A DNA stretch of 48,438 nt, filler included, from Sphacelaria rigidula (taxonomy: Eukaryota): the NCBI GenBank assembly GCA_964200075.2. It is 3 parts of 3 records of this genome, joined end to end, with 100 filler letters (N's around TTAATTAATTAA, not from the genome) between each part and the next. Parts side by side here need not be neighbours in the genome. Positions count along the whole stretch, not along the records: positions 32,363 to 48,438 come from CAXNAA020001494.1; 2 more parts are not named here. One strand, 5' to 3'. Of the stretch, positions 33,914 through 47,194 are shown piece after piece. Positions within the stretch are counted from its first letter, which is position 1. Each line of letters starts with the position of its first letter. The translations under genes and the position numbers were made by a program. The notes under the pieces are model-generated. The model did no database searches, was not told where the DNA came from, and worked only from the letters and a program-made list of their open reading frames with translations.

Positions 33914-34069
33914 TATTGAATTCCTCTCGAGTATGGCTGATACTGCAACACGGAGCGTGGACTCTGTAATACTGTGCACGACAGTGTAGGTTTGGAGGCA
34001 ATATGTTTCGAGTAAAGACCTCTTGTTCACCAAGACTCCCTATATTTCCTTGTGTAATCGCCTGTGCAG

Positions 34070-36032
34070 GAGCCTTGACCCTGAGGAGGAAGAACGACTG
34101 CAGCAGGGGGAGTGCGACGCAGCTGAAGTGGCCATGTTCGTTGTGGGAAGGATACTAGCTGACGAGACGGCGCTACCCAGTCGCCTCTGCTGCGCCCTAC
34201 TTGCCGAGTTCCATTCGAGGCATCGCCTGTGCGACTGCGGCCGACCAATGGAGAAGCGATGTTTGTGTCGCTACTCCCGCGCGACGGAGCGACTTTCTCG
34301 CGACACGGACATGGTGTCGGTCTTTCCACGAGCGGGTGGCAGTGGCAGTCGGCGGGACAGGAGACTTGTGTCGGATGGCACCGCCGAAGGGAGCGGCGCG
34401 GCGAGCGCGAGAGGCGGAGGGAGTTTCGGCAGCCAATCTGGTTGGAAAGAACACCACAAGGAGTCGAGCTTTTTCGCGCAAACGCCCGGATTGGAGAAGA
34501 CCTTCAGCTTTGTGGAGGAGATGGAGCTGGTGGATGGAGAGGGCAGTGACACGTTTGTCGGGGAGGATGGAGCAAGCAGCACAGGAGAAGAGATGGAGGA
34601 ACAAGGTACACGTGACGTGTATGCTATCGACGGAGGCAGTACAGGTGTATCGTCGGATCATGCACCTGCGGGGTCGACAGCGATTCCGTGTGAACACGTG
34701 GTGACGCTGGTAGCGCCGATCAAGGACGGGGCAGAACCGGTCGCCGGGTTCGATTCTTGGAGGAATGCTTCTACTCGCATGGACAGCTGGGTGGAATTGG
34801 AAGGGGTCGGGTGCGTCAATTGCGGAGGTAGGGTAGCGAAAAACGGGGGTTTGAAAGGTCGGTTTGTCGGCGCTTTCGCAAGAGGTGCGGGCGAAGACGA
34901 AACCGTGGAAAGTGCGGGGTTAGGAGATAACTGGGCAGCCACAGAAGGACCTTCGTGCTGGTGTATGGATGAGTCAGGGTTCTCTGCTAGTCCTGATTCG
35001 TCTTTACAGAGCACAATGCACGGTCCACGACGAGAGTCACTAAGCTGCAAACTAGGAGGTCCGCAAGGACTGAGCGCAGAAGAAGGAGGCGCTGCTTTAG
35101 ATGATGCCAGCCAAGAATTTGGGCCCGCAAAGACCGAGCACGCAGCCCAAGAGAGTGTTGGAGTAGGTGACCTTAACGCTAGCAATCCCGACCAGCGAGA
35201 CGGGAGCCTGGCAAAGCCTCGGAGTAATAGCGGGAAAAAGAGTGCAACGGAAGATGGTGGGGAGAAGAGTGAAGAGGACGAGGGACGGCGAGAGGAGGGG
35301 GCGGGGGCGGGGGCGCGGGCGAAGCCATGTGATGCGTTGCGAGACGTGCATGGCGTATTACGGGAGCTCACCCGAGCAGTCCTTGCGTGGTGCCCGCGAA
35401 TCGCGGCTTCCGACGAAGCGACCATACACGCGGTCAACTGTATTGATCAGCGCGTTTTCGCGGAGACGTATGGCCCGGTTTATGATCACATCGCCCGCGG
35501 GGCTTCAGTGCGTGAGCGGGACACGGCACTCGAACGGCGAGCGCGTGCCGACGCGGACGCCCGGCAGGCCAGCGGTCAGCCAAGCCTTGCTGGACTGTGT
35601 CGACGTGAGGTCCTGGCATCGTTTCGAGCCGCCGGCGCCGCACGAACCGGGCGAGATAAGCTTGGTTTATTGGTGCGAGGAGTGGAAGAGATTAGCGTTG
35701 CGTTACCGCCGAGCGCGACGACCGACACGTTGCTGTGGTCGTTGTGCCGGCACTTGGCGGCGGCAAGCATCGCCGGGGGCTTGCCACCGGAGGCTGTTGC
35801 GGGAACAACGCTGGAGAAGGATGGGGAGGAAGGCAGGTCGGCTGCAGCGCTTCCACGACCCCACGCCGAAGTTGCATTCTTGGAGCAGTTTATGCGCGAT
35901 GAGTCTTGGCTCATGGGCAAGGAAGGCTATGTCCTCACCACCGTAGACGCGGCTTTGCATGCCCTGCTGAACCCGGAGATGTCTGATGATGTTTTCGTGG
36001 ATGCGCATGTCGAAAGTGGGGGCGATGGTTGA
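34070..36032 (+). CDS. Large terminal exon of a VPS9-domain protein (Rab5-family GEF-like)
   Basis: tgtgcag acceptor then 1963 nt open to TGA. C-terminal motifs RDKLGLL...TDTLLW...HAEVAFLEQF...LMGKEGYVLTTVDAAL match VPS9 (DKL, ADDLLP, GE.GY.LT). Long acidic low-complexity middle. Confidence 0.82.
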
Positions 36033-37119
36033 CAAAGTTCCACCTGATGCGTGCGATTGGGTGCTGTCTCTTTAGCGTCATATGGACGATGTGTATAGCG
36101 TTCAAGTCTACACGCGTTAGGTGAGACTATTGCCGGTCGCTCAGTCGCAACGAAGCGCCAATATAGCGATGCCTACGTGAGCCCGTAAAGCAGTTGAAGG
36201 CGTTGCTGATGAGGAGGGTGGGTGAGGGGCCACCCGGTTGTTAATGGTTGGTTTGCTAAAATATTCCACGTGAAAAAATAGTTCAGTGCTGAGCCGTAAC
36301 GACTGTTCCCCCACTGTCCTGATGCTCTGTGCGGCGCACATGAAAAACGTCCATCCATGCGACCCACAAAAAAAACACAGACGGGCACAGCTTTTCCCTG
36401 ACAATCGAACAACTTGGTACACCCGCACGAAACGGCTGTGTTGTCTACTCTCAATCCTTGAGCAGAGTAAAAGAGGGATGCACAAGATGTTGATTGCGCG
36501 GCGACGCAAACGTACTTACCGCCTGTGCTCCAGAAGTGCGGGTCCAATAAGTCAATCGGCGGTGAGCGGAGTACGCAAGATCATTTTCTCTCTCCAACAC
36601 CTGGACCAAGGGTCGGTATGGAGAAGATTTTCGGACGAAGAGCCCCCCCACCCGCCCTCCCAGAGGGCAATTTTTCGAAATTTTAACATTTTTTTTTTGC
36701 TGTTGAAGAAATTAATCAAGAAGCACGGAGAAAAACCGAAACGTCTGCTCCTTGCCTGCTCTGTCCCGATGACCTCTGATGCCGGCCACGCTCACACACG
36801 TGATCTCACGACGAGCGCACGGTAGCGACAGCCTGCAGCCAAAGTAGCAACATTATCTCACGCCTGCAAACGTGCCCGGACTATTAAAAGGTACTCGAGG
36901 CACGACACGGAACGTGATCCCATATATGTAATGATGGCAAGTGATGAGCTTGGGGCGGCGGCGTGTACGCCATCTCATCGGTCGGCCTCCATGCCAAGGA
37001 TCTCTGTACATGGCAGCTGACCGCATCCGCCAACGCCTCGGCAATAAACTAGGGGACAGCCGGCCAGGTGCCCCCCCCCCCCCTCTCGAAAACTCTAAAT
37101 TTCGATCTTGGGGGCTGAG

Positions 37120-37387
37120 TGATGCTACGAAAGGGGTTGCACTTTTTCAGCGAAATCGTTTCTCGGGGCTGCTCGGGGTGTTGGACGGATCATTGTGTGA
37201 ATCGGCATCATTTTTACTTGAAAAATAATGGAAATGATGCCGATTCATGAAAAGGCCCCTGCGTGAAAACACCGAGTTTCAGGGAGTCCGGTCCCCGGAA
37301 ATATAAGTTGCCCAGTAAGCTCCATATATGTATCCTCCTACAAGGAAAGCCCCAGAAACAAAAAGTGCAACCCCTACCGTGGTATCG
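37120..37387. mobile_element. Foldback/MITE-like element
   Basis: Nested inverted repeats aggggttgcacttttt/aaaaagtgcaacccct and tgaatcggcatcattt/aaatgatgccgattca. Confidence 0.65.
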
Positions 37388-38189
37388 TAGGCCCACGTGT
37401 CCGGAATTTTTTTTCGATAGACCCTTGCTTGAACGGTATTCTCCCGCAAATCAAGTCTGTTTCAAGGCTAGTTGCTTTTGCTTCACCGACAAATTCCACG
37501 AGAAGAAATGCTAAGAGAAACATCGTGTGTATTACAAATGCGTTCCCCCTTGACCCTCTGGTAGTGCGAAATATTAATCTTTCTAGTGAGAGCGGGAACC
37601 TTCGCTGCTTCCTTTGTTCATGTCATACTTTTCAACCCTGCCCCCTTCCCAACGACGGACGAGCCTGGAATCTCAGGGGATTTACCCCTCATTTCCTCAG
37701 TACCGACCGTACATTGTGGTACCGGGAGTTTAGATCAGTATTTCTGCTCACTCTCTCGCTACGTCGACGTATCACTCGTGGAATTCGTGCTTTCTTTGCT
37801 GCTCGCGTCCTCACAGCTTCAATAATGACGGAACTCGCTTTTGCCGAGAAAAAACGTGTATATACTGCGAGCCGGGTCAGCTGACGACAGTGATTTGCGA
37901 ATGTATCCCAGCTGGGCAGTGGGTAATTTGAATCGTTGAGCGCTGAAATTTTGACACAATTTTCATCCTCACTACGCGCAACCTTCCCGAGAATGCCAAA
38001 AGAAAAAAAAAGCAGAAAGCTAGAGCGATCCAAGGTTCCTGGAGAAACTAGAAGAATGCTGTAATAACTGTTATAATAAAAGAAATACGGGGGCACCCCT
38101 ATTGTAGTTGTGCGTCCTTGTGTGGAGGAGATCCTGACTTGTGTTTTAGCAAAAAAATTCAGAAATTTGACGCAGCACCCAACTTTCCG

Positions 38190-38470
38190 TATGGCACGGC
38201 TGCGCTCCTTTAACCCAGGTGATGTAGCTGTTCAGTTATGGAGGTTACGAGTTCGAATCCCGACGGATTTCTTTTTCTTGTTCCGTCGGTTAAGTGATAC
38301 ATTATGTAGTACTTTTGGTCGTTGGATTTTTTTCCACTTGGCGGCAGGCCCGTGCGTCACCACATTGGCCTGCAGTGCAGGTCACACCGATACACTCAAT
38401 CCTTCGGTCCTCACGTGGTATGTTAGTACGGACCGGTTGGACCCCGGGGCACAGCGAATTGTCTTTTTCA
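38190..38470 (+). mobile_element. Possible tRNA-derived SINE remnant
   Basis: Canonical B box gagttcgaatccc at ~38249-38261 followed by a T-rich tract; no closed cloverleaf. Confidence 0.4.
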
Positions 38471-39955
38471 GTGATGGAAATTATTTTTGCTTCGGGTAAA
38501 TAAAACGTATAAATCACGTCACGGGGTTGAGAGGGTCCACACCCTGGACTGAAGATTACATCGTCCAAAAATGTACTGCGTACAGTATAGAATCTATTTG
38601 TCTTCTATCGCAGTAAACAGTAGACGCGATAGTCGATACTGTACGCAGTACACTTTGACAACGTGATCTGTCGTACAGGGCGTTGAGAGTTCCAACCACT
38701 CGAACCCGAGCAAATGTGTGTTTGTACAGATGGGCTCTCGCCTACTCCACCACGTTCGGATTCCCCTAGCGTTCTTCTGGTGTAAAATGAGCAGTTATCG
38801 TGCTTGTGGCGAGTTCATGCCACAGGCCCGCGTGCTCAGGTTTCACTAACTGATTCCTTGTTGCGAAGGATGTCGGTTTTCGAAAGGAGGGCTTCCAAAA
38901 ATAAAATGATCTGAGAAGAGACCGTGTAGCTATATATCCCACGGAGGTATGCCATGGGCTCTCGCCCTCTTATCCCTTTGAAAACTCTTGGTCGCTGTTC
39001 CGTACTGTACAGTGCATTTTGATATTTAATTGCTTGACCGACGACAGGAGAACCACACGAAAGGAGAGCAACAGTATGGCGGGGAATCCAGAAGGGACGT
39101 ACGAACGCATGAGCTGTGCTGTGTGTATACGACGGGGGCAGACGGCGTGGATCGAGACGGGGACAAGGACCTACAACTATACTCGTTCAACATACACGCA
39201 ACAAAAATGAGACAAATCACCGAAAACGTACAACATAGACGACCAATAACCTACGTTTTGCAACACCCAGGAAGCCGATAGCACAAGCCTGATGCTAAAC
39301 CCCATTCAACTCTCCCTCTCTCCCTTGTTACTCTTTTGACCGAAAACACGCACACGTACACGCTCACGCACACACATCTATTGGCATCGGACATTTACAA
39401 CCTGTTTCGAGAACAACACGCTGTTTCCCCTCCTGCAACCACTATATATTAGTACGCTATCGCATGCAACCCCCGGGAACACAAAGTACACTAAACCACA
39501 TCAACTTACACGCCACAATAATCTCGTATATTACATGCTTCCGAAGGTCCAGACCCACCCGGCCGGGCCGCAAGCGCGACACACAAAGGTTGTCGTTATA
39601 GGAGTGCGGAAATAAATTTCACCTTTCAATTCCCCTCTTCTCCCACCCCGCGAGAGCATCTCCAACTCGTGAAATCAAGATCTAATTCGTAGAGTCGGTT
39701 GGCACCAGTACATGACGGTCTCGGAGGACATGTTCATGAAACGCTATGCACGACGAATAATTATTTGATCGAGGAAATTCACGTCTGCGCGAGCACGCGA
39801 ATATTTTACAGAAAAAAGAAAGGAGGGCGACGATAGACACGGTCAAACTTAATCATCGGCTACACACCGAGGACCACAATATCAAAGGGAATGACACCGG
39901 GGACCATACGCGCCGTAAACAAGAAATACGAATACACTCCTACACGCAGAATATA

Positions 39956-42900
39956 TCAACGGAAACCTCCAGTGACTTTCGAAACGCTGTTCCGGTCTCC
40001 GGTGCCGACATACTCCGCTCCGAACGTTGGTCCGTGTTTGGAAATGACCGTCCTCTCCATCGTAGAGCTGCTGCCCATGGTCCACTTTGCTATGGCTGAC
40101 GAGTCCCCCGTTCCCGATGTGCTAGCCCCGAAGGTCACCCCTTCTTTGATGATTTTCCCGCGCTCCATGGTGTTGCTCGATCCCGCCATGAGCTGCGTCA
40201 TTGCCCCGTTGCTCTTACGCTTCTAATAGTTTCCGGATTCCATGCATATTTCGGCAACAACAAAGAAGAAAAATCCAGGGCAAGAGGCAGAGGGGCAATA
40301 AACAGCGACGGATACGATACACAGAGAATCGGGATAAGTCCTTCACGGTAAAAAATGGAAAAGAAAAATAGAAACTACACGTCGGGGCTAGGTTGACGTC
40401 TGCGATTTGTTTTCCGGTGTCCAGAGGAGAAATAAGGTCTCCTGTAGAGATGTATGAATATGATACAGAAGCGTACCACAAAACGTTGACGCCTGGGAAC
40501 AACCATGAACCCTTTCATGTATACTTGTGTATATACAGTATACTGACGCGGCGTTCTACCGTCATGCTCTCGTTGGACATTCAAACCTGCTCGCAGAAGC
40601 CATTTCTCTCGCACGAGACTTTTGATGTGAAGGTATTGGCCACGTATCACGGCTAAAAAGTGAAAAACCTCAGGCCTCTGTTTTCGCTTCTGTCAATGAA
40701 CACAAACCACCATAACCAACAAGTGCAGGATGCCTTGCACCCGCACTGAATACGGGGATACGGGAAAAGGCTCGTCCCGAGGCGAGGCACGTCCAGGTGC
40801 CGCGATTGCAAGTAATTTTACTGTGTCTCCCAACAACCGCCACACCATCTAAAATTGTATGCACCTGCTCTTCTTGTTGCTCACGCGTCCACTCGCGAAC
40901 GTTGGCCTCGGTCTGCTTGATGCCAAGGCGGGGACCCTGGTAGTCCTTGCACGTCCTTTGGACCGTTTGCCCAAGGGCATGCTGCATCACATGCGGATGT
41001 GCACAGCGGGGAAGAGAAATGTTACGTTCTTGTAGTCGCTTCATTCCTTCATCTCTCGTTTTCCGCGGTCTCATTGGACAGGGCAGGTCCACCTTCAAGC
41101 GCGGAGAGAAAGTAAATAAATATATACTAGAGATATGCCCACTGCTTACAGTCACCTCTGGAGAACAAAAGTCGTGTAAACGTTTGTCTTCGAAGAATTA
41201 CTTCGTCGTAGTAGGAAGAAAGATAAGTAAAAAATCAGAGCAAACCCAAACCCACGTCTTTCAACGCAGCTACTCACCACACATCTGACGACCAAGCCCA
41301 CGTCTTTCCCTTCGAACAAGTCCACCTGAAGTGTACCGTCACGCGAGGCAGAACGAAATAGAGCACGTGGCGAGGTAAGGAAGGATATGTGTCTGTGAAC
41401 GGTTCAGGGAGAAAAAAAACAGTGCCTGCAGACACAGGGCGGGCGAGGGAGGGGCAACCTGGCCAGCAAATATATAGGCCCGTTATCCAGTACCCAGATA
41501 CATGACATGGTGCTACCGCAGGATATACTCCGATCGGCACTCCATGGCCACGTGCTCTGCCGAAAAGACGACGTACCGTTTCGAATAAGGAGTGTTCCGC
41601 TACGCCCACAGTCCTGCACGCCTTCAAGAAGTTGCTGATGTTCTCCATCTGTTTGAAGGGCATGCGGGAATCGTTCACTTTCCTCACGACGCCGGGCTTG
41701 ATCGTGTTGATGAGCACGCACAGCTTCCGTCCGTCCTTCAGCTCTTCTGCAAACGCTCGCTGGAACTGCTCGCCCGTGACGTTCTCGATCCACTCTTGGG
41801 CTTCATACTCCAACTCGTAGTCGTAGTTGGCCTCTCGTTTCGCGGCCAGCTCGGCATCCAAACCGTACCCGCCCCCTCTGCCAGCGCTCGGGTGCCGGGC
41901 CTCCGGAGAACTCGCTTCTTCGTGTAGGTGATTCGCCTGCGGGACCTGTGACCCCGTCTTTTCCGACACGCTCACTGCCTCCGTGAACTTGTCGGTGAAA
42001 CCTTCCAGTGCTGTGGGAGGTGTCTGGGACGCTATCTCTTGGAACGGAGGCGGTGGGGATATCTCTTCCTCGTCGTCTTTGCGGTGTAGAGGTACTCGAT
42101 CGTCTTTCCGACCCCATCGGGACGCCGCTTCATTATACGGCGGGGGAGGCGCAGACTCGTCGACACCATCGAACGAGGTGTCAGCAGAAGGGATTTGTTG
42201 CGGAACAGGAGATGGAGGGACTGTGGCCACACACCCTTGAAATGGTGCAGCTGCGGGAGGTGTCGGCTCCGTCTTCGACACTGAGCTCTTCACCTTGCGC
42301 GGCGACTTCGTGACAGGTTTCAGGCCCAAATGAGGGCCTTGGAAATCCGGGCACGTCGACTGCGCCGTCCCACCAAGTGCATGCTGTGTTACAAGGGAAT
42401 GCATGGATGGGGGTCGACGTTAGCAGGGCAGCGGGTACAGTCGGGAAACGTCGGGATGGTTGCATGCTACTCGGAAAGATGCGTGTATCTATGGCATATA
42501 TTCGTGACCGTATCTGAGTTTCGCATGGATGCAGCAGCGCTCTTTCTCTCGCTGAGCCGGGATGCCTCGCCCTCATTACGAAGTGTCAACGGCCCGACAG
42601 AACACCAGCATGTGGACCTGGGGATGGCGAATTACCATTCCCACAAAGCAAACAAAAAACGCCTTCCTCGGTGCACACATGTTTCCTCGAAAACAAGCTC
42701 CTCGCTTGCGAACTGTGTCAGCACAGAAAGACCTTTGGCACTATAAAGGAGATATCATCTTCGGAAATCATGTTCAACACTAAAAATGACTGTCAACTCC
42801 ACAACAGTGCCTTCCCTCACTTCAAGTCATGACAAAACGACCTTCATGTGGACAAATTCGTGCCCCCCGACCCCCCTGAAACTATTTTGGGGGGTTTCTC

Positions 42901-45900
42901 GTCTTCTGTTCCCTCGAAGCATATGCGTGAAAAAAAAAAAATGGAAGCTTTCAGCCCAAACGCATACTATATAGCCTTCGGGGGAACGCAAGACGGAAAA
43001 ACCCGCAAAAGTAGTTTCAGGGACATTAAGGGGTATGAAGTCGTCCATGTGAATGACAGTTATTTGTCAGGACTTTCAGGTCAGGGAAAGCATTGTTTTG
43101 GAGTTGAAACGTCGTTTTTTAATTTTCACCATTATCCTCGAAGATGATGTGTCAAAACAAAAATAAAACGACAGCGGTATTCTCCTATCGTAGGTACGTC
43201 CAACAAATTCATTTATTTGCCCCACCGTCCACTCAGTGTAGCCACGGGTTTGTGTGCAACGGCACAACTTTGTACGGAGCGTAGGGACATGTCGCCGAGA
43301 TACCGCGCATGTAGAACATGATAGTCTGCAGCGTAGTGTGTGGTCCAGTGGATGGTACAGGACAGTGCCAGTACACCGGCAACTATGCGGGTAGCCGACG
43401 AAAAATGCCGTCTTCACAACACAATGAGACCTGCCAAACGCACGGGGGACATACGGCAGAGCCGCGCCTAGGGGATCCCCGCCGTTGCGTACCTACAGCA
43501 CGACTAGCGCCAATTTCAACGTACGTGCACACCGTGCGCCATGCCGTCTACACCACGCCGGACATGGAGGATGCCAAGAAGCACATGACAACGAACGTAC
43601 TGGTGCATATGAAACAATAAAAGGGGAGATGCTCATATACACTCTGTTCTCTTTGCCCCAACGGGCCCCGTACTCGTGTATTTTTCATCAGGCACTGCAG
43701 TCCGCCTCCCATGTTTGCTGGAAAGAGATGGATTTCTCATGTGCGATTTCAGGGATTGCGGCAACCCTGTCTACGCGCCAAGCACTTGACTGGACCTTCA
43801 GAAGGCTGAAAATATGTACACGATAGGTTGGGGAATCGGTGTTCGGCATTCTTATACTCGTACCCGACGACTGCTACAATGGGCATGATGAACACCTGCA
43901 TACATATGTACACCCTGCGGGTGTAAATTTCCCTGTACAGGAAGCAGTTTGAAACCTGCTGGTAAAGTTCATCAAGGTAAAATTGAAGGAAGACACACGG
44001 ATCAGACAGGGGTAGACGGGACAGCGGTTGCGACCGAATTGTACTTCTTTGAAATAACCTCAACTTACCCCAACTCAAGGCATGCCGAGAATCCTCAGAC
44101 AGGGAGCTCGAACAATGACTGAAAAAACCACTGAAGTCATTGAGAAACTGAAATGGCATGGATATGTCACTGCTGTTTTTGCTTTTCTCGCCGCATTTTC
44201 TCGCAGTCCCCAACCATGTTTGGATAAGACAGTCCATGACTATTGAAAATCTTGCCGAGATGATCATGATATCGTAATGTATCGGCATAAAACGACGTAT
44301 GCGGGACATGACGTTTTTTTAATCCATCTGACCTGAGATGCTTGATGTTTTGGTGAGCGCTGGGTCGGGTGATGTTGAAACATGATGAACGAAACCACAA
44401 TATACATCATCTGAGTGAGGGGAAGGACGGGCAGAGACCACCAGCGACTCTTCATCAAAATTGTTGATATGCTCCAATTTCTTTGCTTGATGAATGCAAG
44501 TGAGATACAGTTCTAGGCGCTACATTCACGGATTATATCTACCCGACATAAAATCGAAAGGTTGAGGGCCCAACGCAGGGCGAGAGTGTACTGTTATCTT
44601 TAGTATAGGTCGTACATGGGAACAATGAAAATATGAACAGGTATTTCGGACCCCCAAGGTCGCCTCCCCGCTGCGTCGCCGTCTCGTGACATCCGTTTCG
44701 GAGAGAGACAAATTACCGCCTTCATCAAAGTGCACGCTTTTACAATACACTGCACAGTACAGTATAGTGAAATACTGGGCTGTCAAGTTCATTACACCGT
44801 ATACGCAGGAGGTGGGGGGGACAGCGACTACGAGTAGTCACTCTGGTAGGCTCGCCTAACTCGACCATGATCCGGTACTAAACCCCTTTTCATGGCGGTT
44901 GAACAGCAGCACGTGTGTCCGGTACGCAGGATTTCTACCGCATGAAGTATCTGGCCCAGAACAAAACAAAATGCATAACGGCGTGTTCATGATCATGGTA
45001 ATGTTGTCTTACTGTAAAGATGTAATTCACTAATGAACAGACCGGGAGGCACAGGGTCTCTCACCTCTCTTTCTCTCTCTCTCTCTCGACTTTTTGTGTA
45101 CGTGCATCCCTCTCCCGAAAGGCTCGGCAAAATCTCGAAGGCCATCATAGGGGGGCAATAAACGATTTCACCCGCAGACGGGCGGGATTACGATGTTACT
45201 CACCAAGCAGCTGATGACGAGGTTGAAATCCTTGAGCTCGAACAGATCCACGGTCTCGAACAAGCTGTATTCCTTGACTGTCGTCACGATCCAGGGGCAG
45301 TGGGTGGGAAGGGCACAGCTTGATATGGACAAGAAATATTGATACTTATCGGTGGCTTTGTTGAGGAGAGTATCACGTGAACCGACGTGCTTCAGCAGTG
45401 TTTTCTAACAACAGGAACGTATGGATAGCTTTTCAAGGACCTGCAGTCATCGCGATATGAACAGCTAAAAAGATCAGCCGTAAAGAACAGTAGTAAAAAA
45501 AGATGCCGTCACCACCACGGTCCCTCACATCCTGCAAGAGATCATTTGCTGGCAAATAATGAGCGATGCAGGCGGGAGCAAAATATTTACAAGCGGTTTC
45601 GATACACTACTGAAACTGCAGATAAAGTGATTGAGTGTATTTCGGTCCTAGTTCTTCAAGTAATTAGACATGGCCAGGCGGATGCACGTGAAGCCGGGGC
45701 GAGGTGATTTCAACCGGTCGTGGCGTGCGTGTGCAAAGCGGTGCCCTTGGGATGTAGGATTCTCACCGCCGATCTCTCGGATAGCCTTTAAGAAATTCGA
45801 GATGTTCTCCATCTGCTTGAACGGCATCTTGGAGGTGTTGACTCGCCGTACCGCGCCCGGTTTGATCTTGTTCACGAGTAAGCATAGCTTGCGTCCATCC

Positions 45901-46031
45901 TGCAGTTGCTCCGCAAAAGAAAGTCCCGAGTCGAAGGGTTCCCCGGTGACTTCCTCTATCCATCGCTGCGCCTGCGCCGCCAGCTCTGGGTTGTGCTCGC
46001 TTGAGCTCGATGAGGGTATGGAGCGACTCAT
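39956..46031 (-). CDS. Calponin/transgelin-like protein with two tandem CH domains, 6 exons: 45767-46031, 45204-45277, 41577-42383, 41278-41325, 40865-40981, 39956-40222 (525 aa)
   Basis: All junctions GT-AG and in phase (1578 nt). Each CH has WIE.VTGE...L.DG.KLC.L.N.IKPG...MPFKQMENISNFLKA...G V.E.SLFETVDLFE.KD...V..C.HALG, typical of type-3 CH. GYGLDAEL motif precedes CH2. Confidence 0.92.
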
Positions 46032-47194
46032 GCCAGTACAGCTGCTCTCACAGCAATGCAAACGCACGTGCCTCCTTTAGTCACAATCGTTGTTAACTGA
46101 CGAATCTGTTCCTCTGCTCCTCTCTCTGTCTCACTCGACTAGATTCAAGCGTGTGGTGTTCTGCCTTACTTGTGCGAAGAGGTTTGCGCTCTGTCTGGCG
46201 GCTGGCGTTCGCACAACTGACTGTTGTTACATTGTTTCAAAGTCCGTGTTCAGACCCGTTGTCAAGGGATACGAGAAGCTGACTGGTATTTCCTACAAAT
46301 ACTGGATTCCATTGTTGTGACGTCATGACTATGTATATACAGCAGTAGCGTTCTTCTCTGCACTAAAATACGGGTATGTGTAGACAGACATTCCGTTAAA
46401 AAAAAACAGCAGCAAACAAGCTGGTATGGGGAATAGGTTCAATTTTGAAGTTATGAGTTCCATGGATCACACTATTTCTGATTTTGCTCGAGATTTTTCG
46501 CCACGTGAAGGTATATATACATATATTATTGCTTGTGATCAGCTGGAAAAATGTTGAATTTGTCGGCGTAAATATTTATGCAATCCACTATTTGGAGGAG
46601 GATATGAGGAGCTTGTCCGGCCGAGATGAAGCCCTGATGAGAAGAAATTTGAAAACATATATATTTTCAAAGTTCAAGTACGAGTAATAGGTCGAGCAAT
46701 TCCAGCACATATTATCACTTGTTTACGAGGAGCAAAGTATTCAGCATCATTGTTGGATGGAGAGGTTGGGGAACTGTTGAACTGTTGCCTGTACACATTA
46801 TGATGAGATGATTCATTTCTTGGTTTGGCAACTAAGAAGGCGGTTGTTCCTATTATACTAATATATTACTAACGGTGAATTTGCCTGAAGACAGTCATAG
46901 TTTGTGGATGAATAGGTGGAGCAACGAAGGGAACGAGACAACCATTATTATTGCTGCATAAACAGGTTGCATAACTCTAGACAACTAAAGTTCGCGTCAC
47001 TGAAGGGGTGGCAAACTCTCCAACTCTTCTATCCTACAACAACCGTAACTGACTTCACGTGGATACATGCAAATATAACTAGACTGCGGTACTACATTTA
47101 TTTGTACCTAGGGCTCTCCTTACCATCCGTGGATACGCTAAATAACACCCTTTTGCAACATCACGGCGCAACGGGTTTGCGGGATCATCGCAGC

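Noticed and set aside
34658..35946. Long overlapping ORFs (259 aa on each strand) inside the VPS9 exon
   Set aside because: Shadow ORFs of GC-rich coding sequence with no motifs
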